Source: a bacterium (GTDB lineage Bacteria; JAGOBX01). Taken from it: a stretch of DNA of 64,000 nt. Shown piece after piece: positions 50,403 to 60,256 of this stretch (positions are counted from its first letter, which is position 1; each line of letters begins with the position of its first letter). The notes under the pieces were generated by a model, which did no database searches, was not told where the DNA came from, and worked only from the letters and a program-made list of their open reading frames with translations. A program made the translations under genes and the position numbers. The stretch is taken from contig JAKPEO010000124.1 in the NCBI GenBank assembly GCA_029551925.1, positions 672 to 64,671 of the forward strand. Direction: 5' to 3'.

Positions 50403-50855
50403 TTATAATAATAAAGTATTGAGTTCTATCAGCCGTTTCGCTAATATTTCAGCTAATGCCGTTATTATTTTAAATGCGATATCAGTATGTTTTTCTTTTA
50501 TCACTTCAAAATTTTTTCGCGATAAAAATGTCAATTCGCATTCTGTCGCAGTATAAACAGAAGCAGTATATGGAATATTTGCGAGCATAGATATTTCACC
50601 GAACACATCGCCTTTTCCTAATTTGCCTAATGGCTTTGCGCCTTCTGGCGTTTTTTTTATTACTTTGACTTCGCCTGAATTTATTAAAAATATTCCTTCG
50701 CCTCTTTTACCTTCCGCGCAAATAGGTATATGCCCAGGATATTTTTGCTGCTCTAAATATTCTTTTACAATTTCCATTTCAAAACCTGATAAATTATGAA
50801 ATATCTGCGAAAAATCTGAAATATCAGTGATATTTGCTTGAAATTTTAATGTCAT
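50403..50855 (-). CDS. Standalone cyclic-nucleotide-binding (CAP-effector-type) domain protein
   Basis: GDVFGEISML...TASV...EC phosphate-binding-cassette pattern; no DNA-binding domain. Confidence 0.7.
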   Translation of the reverse strand: MTLKFQANITDISDFSQIFHNLSGFEMEIVKEYLEQQKYPGHIPICAEGKRGEGIFLINSGEVKVIKKTPEGAKPLGKLGKGDVFGEISMLANIPYTASVYTATECELTFLSRKNFEVIKEKHTDIAFKIITALAEILAKRLIELNTLLL

Positions 50856-50874
50856 TTTTTACTCCGCTATTTTT

Positions 50875-51858
50875 TTAAAAATGTTCGCATTTTATTTTTT
50901 CGATTATTTTCATATCAGAATCAACCATCATTTTTATTAATTGCTCAAAACTCGTTTCAGGTTGCCACTTCAATATTTTCCGCGCTTTTGAAACATCGCC
51001 TAATAATTCATGCACTTCCGCAGGTCTGAAAAATTTTTCATCTACTATCACATATTTTTTATAATCCAATCCAACATAATCAAATGCAATTTCACAAAAT
51101 TCGCGAACCGTATGCATTTCGCCAGTTGCAATCACAAAATCTTCAGGAGTATCATTCTGAAGCATCAGCCACATAGCTTTGACATAATCGCCTGCAAACC
51201 CCCAATCACGCTTTGCTTCTAAATTACCTAATCGTAATTCGTTTGATAATCCGTGTTTTATCATTGCTACGCCGTTTGTTATTTTTCTGGTTACAAATTC
51301 TAACCCGCGCCGTGGAGATTCGTGATTGAATAAAATGCCAGATACGCAAAATAAATTATAACTTTCGCGATAATTGACTGTTATCCAATGACCATAAACC
51401 TTTGCTACGCCATAAGGACTGCGCGGATAAAACGGCGTCTTTTCGTTTTGTGGGGAAGTTTGAACTTTTCCAAACATCTCACTTGATGACGCTTGATAAA
51501 ATTTTGTGTCTGGTTTTATCATTAATATCGCTTCTAATAATCTTGTCACGCCCAATGCTGTTATCTCGCCTGTTAACAACGGCTGATTCCACGAAGTAGG
51601 CACAAAACTTTGCGCACCCAAATTATAAATTTCGTCCGGCTGTATGTCTTTTATAACATTTATTAATGAACTTTGGTCTAGTAAATCGCCAGATATTAAT
51701 GTTATCCGCTCTTTAAAATGTAATATTCTATCTAAATTTAACGTGCTCGAACGGCGCTGTAAACCATAAACCTCATAACCTTTCTCTAACAAAAATTCCG
51801 CTAAATACGAACCGTCTTGACCGGTAATGCCTGTGATTATCGCTCTTTTTCTTTTCAT
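50875..51858 (-). CDS. gmd: GDP-mannose 4,6-dehydratase
   Basis: [25 protein letters not shown] and extensive identity to Gmd family motifs. Confidence 0.9.
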   Translation of the reverse strand: MKRKRAIITGITGQDGSYLAEFLLEKGYEVYGLQRRSSTLNLDRILHFKERITLISGDLLDQSSLINVIKDIQPDEIYNLGAQSFVPTSWNQPLLTGEITALGVTRLLEAILMIKPDTKFYQASSSEMFGKVQTSPQNEKTPFYPRSPYGVAKVYGHWITVNYRESYNLFCVSGILFNHESPRRGLEFVTRKITNGVAMIKHGLSNELRLGNLEAKRDWGFAGDYVKAMWLMLQNDTPEDFVIATGEMHTVREFCEIAFDYVGLDYKKYVIVDEKFFRPAEVHELLGDVSKARKILKWQPETSFEQLIKMMVDSDMKIIEKIKCEHF

Positions 51859-51883
51859 TGATGCTTTTCTCCATATTTTTTTC

Positions 51884-51957
51884 TACCCCCGAGACGATTC
51901 GAACGTCCGACCAACGGTTTAGGAAACCGCTGCTCTATCCTACTGAGCTACGGGGAT
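51884..51957 (-). tRNA. tRNA-Arg (anticodon CCT), CCA not encoded
   Basis: Manual fold: acceptor ATCCCCG/CGGGGGT (A1-U72, U2.G71), D arm GCTC-AGTAGGATA-GAGC, anticodon loop TTCCTAA, T arm GGACG-TTCGAAT-CGTCT. Confidence 0.7.
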
Positions 51958-52173
51958 AGGTGTAAATTAATTTAATTAAATTTACGCTTCTTTTTCTTTG
52001 AAATTCCTTGATAATTCAAAATTTTTTTTTAAAAAATGAAATTATATTTAATTTATTTTTTTTGTCAATCTGTTTTTCTCAATTTCAAGTATTTATTGAA
52101 TTAAAAACTTCTTTTATTTTTTTATTTTTTTATTAAGATATAAGTAAAAAAATAAAAAAGGAGAAGGGCTGAT

Positions 52174-52548
52174 ATGGAAAACAAAAGAAATTTTACACGT
52201 GTTAATTTCGATACGCGAGGCGAATTAAAATACAAAAATAAAACAATATCTGCAGAAATAAAAAATTTAAGTTTGAAAGGCGCTTTTTTTGTGACCGCTG
52301 AAAAAATTCCAATTGATGCAGAGGTAGAATTTAAAATATTTTTAGTAGGCAGCACATCAGATTTAAGCGTTTCTGCAAAAGGTAAAGTTGTGCGTGTTGA
52401 AGAATCCGGTATCGGCGTGAATATTACAGAAATAAATGTTGATTCGTTTATTCATTTAAAAAACATTATTCAATATAATTCCGGTGACCCAGAAAAAACC
52501 GTTGAAGAATTTCAAAATTATCTAAAAAACACCTTAGGCAAAAAATAA
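52174..52548 (+). CDS. PilZ-domain protein (putative c-di-GMP receptor)
   Basis: RNFTR (RxxxR) and NLSLKG (D/NxSxxG) motifs at canonical spacing; AAGGAGAAGGG ribosome-binding site. Confidence 0.65.
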   Translation: MENKRNFTRVNFDTRGELKYKNKTISAEIKNLSLKGAFFVTAEKIPIDAEVEFKIFLVGSTSDLSVSAKGKVVRVEESGIGVNITEINVDSFIHLKNIIQYNSGDPEKTVEEFQNYLKNTLGKK

Positions 52549-52582
52549 AAAAATTAATTATTTGTATTTTTCTCGTGTTTTT

Positions 52583-53572
52583 TTAAAATTGTGAATATAA
52601 AATACTGGCACCTATCAAGCCTGCATTAGCTCCTAATTTACTAATTTTTATTGAGCAGTGTTCGACAGGTCTTTTAAATGCTCGCGCCCGCGTCTCTGCG
52701 ATTAATGAATTTATAAAAAAATCGCCGGCTTGCGAAATACCGCCGCCAATAGTGATTAATTCTATATTAAAAATATTTATTAAACTCGCTACGCCAATAC
52801 CCAAATGACTGCCGTAAATTTTAAAAATTTCTAATGCTGTATTTTCTTTATGTTTAGCCGCACGGCTGATTATTTCCGGCGTTAGAAAATTAATATTATT
52901 TCGGCAGTATTTTAAAATATTATAATTATTGGTTTCTTTAATATAATCCTTCGCTGTTTGCATCAATCCAGCGGCATTGCAATACGCTTCGATGCACCCG
53001 TAATTTCCACATTTGCATAATCTACCGTCGTATTTTATTGTTATATGTCCTAATTCTCCAGCATTATTAGAACAGCCGATATAAATTTTATTATTTAAAA
53101 TAATCCCGCCGCCAACGCCGGTGCCTAATGTTAAATGCAGCAAATTTTGTTTTTTTAGATATTTACCCCAGCCGAATTTATATTCACCAAACGCTGCGAC
53201 ATTTGCATCATTTCCAATATATATTGGTATTCTAATTTTATTTTTTCGCAATTTTTTTGTTAATGTTTCCGCTATTTTTAAATGTTTGAATTGCGGAATA
53301 TTCGGCGAAAATTCTATCATCCCTTTTTTGGAATTTATTATGCCAGGAATGCCGATTCCAATATTTGATACTGTTGTTTTATTGTATTCAATAGATTTGT
53401 TATTCAACATAATAATGTATTTAACGATCTCATTAATTATATTTTCAGCGCTTGCATTTGCAGGAAAGTCAAATGAGACTTTGAATATTATTTCGCCATC
53501 AATATTTACTAATCCTAAAGCAATATGTGAACCTCCAATATCAATACCAATATTTATCATATCATTTTTCAT
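52583..53572 (-). CDS. ROK-family sugar kinase (glucokinase-like)
   Basis: IGIDIGGSHIALGLV N-terminus, CKCGNYGCIEAYC zinc motif, no HTH. Confidence 0.75.
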   Translation of the reverse strand: MKNDMINIGIDIGGSHIALGLVNIDGEIIFKVSFDFPANASAENIINEIVKYIIMLNNKSIEYNKTTVSNIGIGIPGIINSKKGMIEFSPNIPQFKHLKIAETLTKKLRKNKIRIPIYIGNDANVAAFGEYKFGWGKYLKKQNLLHLTLGTGVGGGIILNNKIYIGCSNNAGELGHITIKYDGRLCKCGNYGCIEAYCNAAGLMQTAKDYIKETNNYNILKYCRNNINFLTPEIISRAAKHKENTALEIFKIYGSHLGIGVASLINIFNIELITIGGGISQAGDFFINSLIAETRARAFKRPVEHCSIKISKLGANAGLIGASILYSQF

Positions 53573-54755
53573 TTATATAACCCCTTTGGAAATTTAATAA
53601 AAAAAATAAAATTATGCCGACAGACAACAATCCGGCATTTGTCAAAAATAATTGCGGAAACCCGAAAATTTTTAAAATATAGCCGTTCAATGAAAAGCCG
53701 ATTATTGCGCCGGCGCTGTATGTAGTAGCAAATAATAACGATTGTCCGCTATTTTTTAAATTTTTTGGAGTGTATAAATCTATTAAATTAACAAGCGAAG
53801 CATAAAACGCGCCAAAAAATATTCCATGCGTTATTTGAACTAATAAAATTATATAAAAATATTCTACGCTGTTAATTTGAGAAAGAGACAAATATTTTAT
53901 TAAATGCGCTATTAGCCCGAAAATCAGCCATTTTTTTAATCCGAAAGTTTTAATAAATTTATGAAAATACATCATTAATGGTATTTCAACAATCACGCCT
54001 ATCCCCCACGCAATTCCTATCTGCTGATTTGTAAAGCCAAGCGATTGCAAATATAAACCATAAAATCCATAAATTACAGTATTGCTGATTTCTATTAAAA
54101 TACACGCTATAAATATTATCAAAAAATGTTTTTTCAAAAAAAACAATAAATTTTTTAATTCTGTTTTATGTGGCTCTATGTCTATCTTTGTTTGTGAGAT
54201 AATCAGCGGTATCAAAAACGCAATTAACATCATAATCGCATACGCTATAAATAATGTTTTTAATCCGGTTTTTTCTATAAACCAACCTAACACAAAATTT
54301 GCAAACAAAAAACCGATTGTGCCCCAGACCCTTATTTTCCCGTAAGAAAAATGCGATTGGTCATAACGCGCAATTTCCAGCGCGGCGCTGTCTGTCAGCG
54401 GCAGCAGCGGTTTAAAAAAAAATGCTGTTAGCGTTGTCACGAAAAACACATAATAGAAATTTGCACTTAATAAAAATAATAATATCGCGGCAATATTGCC
54501 GCTTACGCAAATTAATAATACTTCATTACGATTTTTTTTCTTGTCGCTTATATATCCCCAAAATGATGCTGAAAAAAAACTCACCGCCGTTGAAATCGAT
54601 AAAAATAATCCGATATTTTCTTCTGATATTCCAATTTTTGAATAGTAGATAGAAATAAACGGTCCATAAATGCCCATACAGGCATAAATTAAAAAATAAA
54701 ATATTTTTATATAGTGTTTGGCTGAATTTAAATTATTTTGTTCAATATTATTCAT
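53562..54755 (-). CDS. MFS-type transporter
   Basis: 12-TM profile. Confidence 0.6.
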   Translation of the reverse strand: MNNIEQNNLNSAKHYIKIFYFLIYACMGIYGPFISIYYSKIGISEENIGLFLSISTAVSFFSASFWGYISDKKKNRNEVLLICVSGNIAAILLFLLSANFYYVFFVTTLTAFFFKPLLPLTDSAALEIARYDQSHFSYGKIRVWGTIGFLFANFVLGWFIEKTGLKTLFIAYAIMMLIAFLIPLIISQTKIDIEPHKTELKNLLFFLKKHFLIIFIACILIEISNTVIYGFYGLYLQSLGFTNQQIGIAWGIGVIVEIPLMMYFHKFIKTFGLKKWLIFGLIAHLIKYLSLSQINSVEYFYIILLVQITHGIFFGAFYASLVNLIDLYTPKNLKNSGQSLLFATTYSAGAIIGFSLNGYILKIFGFPQLFLTNAGLLSVGIILFFLLNFQRGYINEK

Positions 54756-55858
54756 CTTTTTTTCTTAGGATGCTGGATTTTTCTTTTTATTGGACTTTTT
54801 TCAGCTGCCTTTTTTTGTTTTTCTAAATTGCGTAATTGTATTTTTCTTTGATTTTTGTAGAAGTTATGATCTTTGATATTTGTTGCAAACGAATGCGAAC
54901 CATCGATATTAGCGACGAAATATAGAAAATTATGCTGCTCATAATTTATAGTATGTTTGATTGCCGCAAGTCCGGGATTGCATATCGGAGTAGGCGGCAG
55001 TCCCGCATATTTATAAGTATTATAAGGCGAATCAATTTTTAAATGAAGATAATTTAATTTTTCAATAAAATACCCGTGCGCGTAAATAACAGTCGGATCT
55101 GCTTCTAATTTCATACCGATTTTCAAACGATTGATATATACGCCGGCGATACGCGGCATCTCGTCTATTATCGTCGCTTCCATCTGCACTATTGACGCTA
55201 ATATAATAATATCGTAAAAATTGAAATTTAATGGATATAGATTTTTTTGTAATTCAACAGTCTGCTTTTTAAATTGCTTTATCATTTGTTGAAATATAGT
55301 GTATTCATTATCGTTCTTTGTATATGTGTAAGTTTCAGGAAATAAAAAGCCCTCCGCTGATTTGACATCAATATTCAATTCTTTTTTTATATAATCCAAA
55401 TTAGAATTGCAGATCTCAATAAATTTTTCAGCGCTGAATAAAATAGTTGGATTCATACGACGCGCTAATAATTTAGCAATCTCCTGTATTGTCAGCCCTT
55501 CTGGTATAGTAACTTTATAAAATACATTCGTGCCTTTATTTAATAATTCGATTATCTGTCGCGTGGTTAAATTGTTATTAATTAAATATTCGCCGGCTTT
55601 TAATGTCTTTGCAGTTTTTGTGGATTGAGCCATTAACATAAAAAAAATATCAGAAACGATTAATTTTTCGCGCTTTAATTTTTTCGCTATTTCAGCGACT
55701 GGCTCGCCGCGTTTTATTTCTATTTTCTTTTCAATTGCAAGTTTATAATGCTGCTCTGCTGTTAATTTATCATAATGATCCCAAATTTTTTTTAATCCGA
55801 AAAATGCTGGAATTAAAATTACCAGTAATATCAATAAAATTATAATTATTTTCTTCAT
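54752..55858 (-). CDS. mltG: Endolytic murein transglycosylase MltG (YceG-like) with basic C-terminal tail
   Basis: N-terminal TM plus YceG-like domain motifs (AGEY, LASIVQME). Confidence 0.75.
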   Translation of the reverse strand: MKKIIIILLILLVILIPAFFGLKKIWDHYDKLTAEQHYKLAIEKKIEIKRGEPVAEIAKKLKREKLIVSDIFFMLMAQSTKTAKTLKAGEYLINNNLTTRQIIELLNKGTNVFYKVTIPEGLTIQEIAKLLARRMNPTILFSAEKFIEICNSNLDYIKKELNIDVKSAEGFLFPETYTYTKNDNEYTIFQQMIKQFKKQTVELQKNLYPLNFNFYDIIILASIVQMEATIIDEMPRIAGVYINRLKIGMKLEADPTVIYAHGYFIEKLNYLHLKIDSPYNTYKYAGLPPTPICNPGLAAIKHTINYEQHNFLYFVANIDGSHSFATNIKDHNFYKNQRKIQLRNLEKQKKAAEKSPIKRKIQHPKKKR

Positions 55859-56307
55859 TTTTTGTTTTTCCTTCCTAAATAAGCTTCTAAAATATATGCT
55901 GCCGCTATCGCGTCAATATTTTTTAGTTTTTTATTTTTTTTTCGCGTTTTAATTTTTTGAGCGGCGGCTGTCAATGATTTCTGCGCAGCCGCAGAAGTAA
56001 AACGCTCATCTTGAAAATAAATAGGCAGCTGAACTTTTTTTTTTATCATCTCAATTTTTTCCAACGTTTTTTTTAATGCGAAATTCGGCGCTGACATATC
56101 TTGAAAATTTGCGATATTTAAGGAATAAGGCGCGCCGATAACTAATTCTGTAATTTTATAATCTAAAATTATTTTTTGTAATTTATTTATAAATTCGCCG
56201 TTTTCGTCAAATACTATTGTTGTTAAAGGCATCGCTAAATTTTCAGTATCGTCAGACACAGCTACGCCGATATTTTTACTACCTAAATCTAAACACAATA
56301 TAGTCAT
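55855..56307 (-). CDS. ruvX: Holliday junction resolvase-like protein / pre-16S rRNA nuclease
   Basis: MTILCLDLGSKNIGVAVSD YqgF N-terminus. The track start at 56352 adds 15 aa and overlaps the upstream gene. Confidence 0.7.
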   Translation of the reverse strand: MTILCLDLGSKNIGVAVSDDTENLAMPLTTIVFDENGEFINKLQKIILDYKITELVIGAPYSLNIANFQDMSAPNFALKKTLEKIEMIKKKVQLPIYFQDERFTSAAAQKSLTAAAQKIKTRKKNKKLKNIDAIAAAYILEAYLGRKNKK

Positions 56308-56338
56308 ATAAAAAAACTCTGATAATTTATTAAATTTT

Positions 56339-57568
56339 TTATAATTTTTCAACTAAAAAATTCAGATTTCTAAATAACTCGTTAGTATCTATAAAAATTT
56401 CTTGTTTTAATATTTTATCAATATTATTCGAATATTTGAATTTTTTTATGATTTCGCCTATTGTCCGCTCGCCGAAATTATCGGCAATATATTTAACAAT
56501 TAAATACGCTTGATAATAAGCGGCGCGCAATTTGTCAGTATTATTTTTTTCAAAATTAAATACATTATCTATTTCAGAGAATTTTATTAATTCTACTTCT
56601 GGTTTCGCGACATTTAAATTATTTAAAGACGCTTCGACATATTTTGCGATGCCTTCGGTCAGCCAGTAAAAGCGCATACTATTACTTGCTACTTGATACT
56701 GCATAGAATGCGCATATTCGTGAAAAATTGTTTGCTTCAAATTTTCTATAGCAATATTATTTGACAGCGGTATTCTGATTTTGCCGTCAAACAGTCCAGA
56801 ACTTAAATTTAAAATATCGTGCTGCTTATAATAATCGCCGTATTCGTATATCAATACTGTGATTTTATCAGAAGGATACCACCCAAAAATTCTATTAACA
56901 TAATTAACAGCGTCTTCTAAATAATTTGCGATAATCTGAATATTTTCAAATTTAAGGCTGTTAGAATAGTGTATTTCAAAATTTCTTGCGGTATGTGTCA
57001 TAAAATAGAATTCAACTGGCAGTTCATTAGAAATTTTTTTTAAAAAATTACGAAACTGCTGCGAAAAATTTTCATTTTTGAATTTGCTGTGATATTGAAC
57101 GAAATCATAAATATTTTGCGTGTAATAATAACAATAGCATTTTAATTCTATTAATTCAGTTGATAAATTTGAATGCCGCTCCAACTGATTAATGTAATAC
57201 AATGTTTTATGATAGTTGCCTTGTTTGAAAAGAATAATTAAATCATTTGTTAATTGTTGAGTTATTTGCGGAAAATATTTAGAAAGTGTGATACTTGCGA
57301 AAAAATAATAGTCTTGCGAATATTTATCATTAAAAAAAAAGCGTAATTTATTAAAATAATCCAAGTAAAATTTTTGTTTTTTTAAAGGAGAGATAGAATT
57401 AGAATTATAGATATTTTCCAATATTTCGTCATTAATATCAGATATATTGACTAATAGATTATCGAGATATTGATCGTCAATAATTATCGGATTAATTTGT
57501 TTATTAGCGCAGTTGGTTAAAATAAAGATTAAAATTAAAACTAAAAATGTTTTTTTAGCGATTTTCAT
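56339..57568 (-). CDS. Lipoprotein with HExxH zinc-metallopeptidase motif
   Basis: Lipobox LTNC; FHEYAHSMQY followed by LTEGIA (possible third ligand Glu). Confidence 0.45.
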   Translation of the reverse strand: MKIAKKTFLVLILIFILTNCANKQINPIIIDDQYLDNLLVNISDINDEILENIYNSNSISPLKKQKFYLDYFNKLRFFFNDKYSQDYYFFASITLSKYFPQITQQLTNDLIILFKQGNYHKTLYYINQLERHSNLSTELIELKCYCYYYTQNIYDFVQYHSKFKNENFSQQFRNFLKKISNELPVEFYFMTHTARNFEIHYSNSLKFENIQIIANYLEDAVNYVNRIFGWYPSDKITVLIYEYGDYYKQHDILNLSSGLFDGKIRIPLSNNIAIENLKQTIFHEYAHSMQYQVASNSMRFYWLTEGIAKYVEASLNNLNVAKPEVELIKFSEIDNVFNFEKNNTDKLRAAYYQAYLIVKYIADNFGERTIGEIIKKFKYSNNIDKILKQEIFIDTNELFRNLNFLVEKL

Positions 57569-59039
57569 TTTTTTGTTTTTGGAGTTTGTGTATTAACGAA
57601 AGATTATATGCGGCATCCGGGTTATTGCTTGTTTTCAATATTTTTTCATATATTGCTTTTGCTTCGTCATAACGTTCTAACTTGAAATATACGTTTCCGA
57701 TATTTAAAGTTATTGGTTGAAAATCCGGCATAAGCGCTTCGGCTTTTTGATAGTATTCTAATGCTTCGGCATATTGATTTAATTCTTCTTTAAGCAATCC
57801 GATATTAAAAAAAAACTGCCATTTTTCCGGAAAAAAATCTGCGCCTGCTTGAAAATACTGTAGCGCTAATTCTGTGTTTTTTATATTTTTATAAAGCGTG
57901 GCTAATGCAAAATACGCGTCTTCGGCATAATCGCCGACAGGGTCTAATTCAATAATTTTTTTATATGACATAATTGCAGTATTAAAAGCGTTTAACACAA
58001 AAGCGCAGTCCGCTTTTAATTTTAAATATTTTGGATTATCCGGTTCGATATTAGTCAACACTTCTAATTGGTCTAATGCCTGTTTGTATAATTTCAAATT
58101 TTTAAAATAAATTTCTGCTAATTCATAGCGGCTTGCTAAATTATAATAATCAATATCAATACTTTTTATAAAATTATCAGCGGCAAGCATAAAAGCAAAT
58201 TCATTTTTTAATGCTAAGCCAATATAATAATAATTTTCGCTGTTATTTTCTAAAAATTCATTTGATTTTTCAAAATATAATTTTGCGGTCTCATAGCGCT
58301 CGCGCTGAAAATATAGTTTTCCTAATTCTTGGAATGCCAATCCTTTGAAGTATTTATTTGTCGTATTAGTATCAATAATTTTTTTAAAATATTTTTCTGC
58401 GATATTGAATTTATTAGACGCTAATTCTAATTTGCCATTATAATAATCAATCGCTCCATTTTCTATTTGTTGATTATATTTTTTTAATTTATCAATAGCA
58501 TTCCGAGTTTTTTGTAAATCCTGTGTTTTTAAATAATTTTCTATTAATCTATATAAAACATCAATATTGTCAGGATATAATTCAAACAATTTTTCTAATA
58601 AAATACTATTTTCAAAATGTAAATTCATTAGAGTATATATTTCCGCTAACTTAAAAAAAATCGGCAGATAATTTTTATCGCTGATTTTTTCATAAAATTG
58701 CGCTATTAATTCAGCTGCGCTCGCAAAATTTCGGCGGTTGATTAATATTTGCGTTATTTTCAAAATAGCCGGCTGTTTATTTTGTAAATTATTTAATGCT
58801 TGTTCATAATAATTCACCGCGGTTTCAATTTGATTGTTTCTCAAATAAATATCGCCTAATTCTATTAATACAATTCCCTTATCTTTTATTGTGTTGAGTT
58901 GTAAATTGAGTTCTTTAATTTTTTTTTGGTCTGCTTCTGAAAATGTTTTTTCTATCTGGCGTTCAGATTTTGAACACCTACTAAAATTAATGAATATCAA
59001 AACAACCAAAAATAATATTTTGATTTTAGTCATTGTCAT
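57555..59039 (-). CDS. Secreted TPR-repeat protein
   Basis: Signal peptide, then ~10 TPR-like 34-aa units (…AYYNLGLALK… pattern). Confidence 0.6.
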   Translation of the reverse strand: MTMTKIKILFLVVLIFINFSRCSKSERQIEKTFSEADQKKIKELNLQLNTIKDKGIVLIELGDIYLRNNQIETAVNYYEQALNNLQNKQPAILKITQILINRRNFASAAELIAQFYEKISDKNYLPIFFKLAEIYTLMNLHFENSILLEKLFELYPDNIDVLYRLIENYLKTQDLQKTRNAIDKLKKYNQQIENGAIDYYNGKLELASNKFNIAEKYFKKIIDTNTTNKYFKGLAFQELGKLYFQRERYETAKLYFEKSNEFLENNSENYYYIGLALKNEFAFMLAADNFIKSIDIDYYNLASRYELAEIYFKNLKLYKQALDQLEVLTNIEPDNPKYLKLKADCAFVLNAFNTAIMSYKKIIELDPVGDYAEDAYFALATLYKNIKNTELALQYFQAGADFFPEKWQFFFNIGLLKEELNQYAEALEYYQKAEALMPDFQPITLNIGNVYFKLERYDEAKAIYEKILKTSNNPDAAYNLSLIHKLQKQKNENR

Positions 59040-60189
59040 TATATAATTGAATATCTTTTTTATGTTGACCGTTTTTGATTTGTTCTTCTTTCATACGAAT
59101 ATAAATTTTTACTTCTTTCTTGCGGAGATAAGTCGCCAAAACAAAAATACTTAATACAAAAAAAACTAACAATAATAATGCAAGTTGATTAGATATTTTT
59201 ATAAAAGCAAAAGCAATTACGCCAAAATAAATACTCAATCCGTATAACAGCATAAGCGTCTGTCTGTGCGATAATCCTACTTTTAATAATCTGTGGTGAA
59301 TATGTTCAGAATCAGCGCTGAATATGCCCTCGCCGCGCCGCGTGCGCCGCAATATTGCGAACAAGGTATCATAAATCGGCAAACCGATCGCCGCAATAGG
59401 CACCATTAAAGCAATTGCAGTAGTGCTTTTATTTATGCCTGCAATACCAATAGAAGACAAAATAAATCCGATGAATAAACTGCCGGTATCTCCCATAAAA
59501 ATTGAAGCGGGCGGAAAATTATATTTTATAAAACCAGAACAAGCGCCTAATAAAATTATCGTTAAAATTGCAGAAACAATATCTTCGCTTCCGCGATTCA
59601 ACGCGATTAAAAATAGCGTGGCGCAGCCGATTATCGTTATGCCTGACGCGAGTCCGTCCATACCGTCTATGAGATTTATTGCATTAGTCAAACCGATTAC
59701 CCATAATATCGTAAGCGTAAAACTTATTGGTTCTGATAGATTCATAGTTTCACCAGTAAAAGGATTAGTCAATAAATCAATTTTAAAATCATAATAATAC
59801 AATATCACAGCAGGAATAAATTGAAAAAATAATTTGAATATTGCTGTTAGATTATAAATATCGTCAAATAAGCCAATCAAAATAATTAAAAATGAACCAA
59901 TTAATAGCCCATTATAATTTTTTGTTGGAAATAATTTTGAAAATTCCGGGATATGAAAATATGCGTAAGCAATAGTTGATATAAACGCAATATAAATAGC
60001 GAGCCCGCCTAATAGCGCGTGCGGAGTAGTATGCAATTTTCTTGAAAAATCAGGTTTGTCAGTAATATTCAGTTTTAGCGCAATATACCTAATTATCGGA
60101 GTTAATATTAATGCTATAATAAAAGATACCACGCCTAATGCTATATATGTAAATAATGGCAATGCTAATTTTGCCGCTGCTGCTTTCAT
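59026..60189 (-). CDS. Polyprenyl-phosphate N-acetylhexosamine-1-phosphate transferase (MraY/WecA family, GT4)
   Basis: NAINLIDGMDGLA and DD..N motifs, 10-11 TM helices. Confidence 0.7.
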   Translation of the reverse strand: MKAAAAKLALPLFTYIALGVVSFIIALILTPIIRYIALKLNITDKPDFSRKLHTTPHALLGGLAIYIAFISTIAYAYFHIPEFSKLFPTKNYNGLLIGSFLIILIGLFDDIYNLTAIFKLFFQFIPAVILYYYDFKIDLLTNPFTGETMNLSEPISFTLTILWVIGLTNAINLIDGMDGLASGITIIGCATLFLIALNRGSEDIVSAILTIILLGACSGFIKYNFPPASIFMGDTGSLFIGFILSSIGIAGINKSTTAIALMVPIAAIGLPIYDTLFAILRRTRRGEGIFSADSEHIHHRLLKVGLSHRQTLMLLYGLSIYFGVIAFAFIKISNQLALLLLVFFVLSIFVLATYLRKKEVKIYIRMKEEQIKNGQHKKDIQLYNDND

Positions 60190-60256
60190 ATTTTTTTTTG
60201 ATTAATAAAAATAAAAGGATATTCTATTTTTTTTTAGTTAAAAGTCAACTTTTTAG

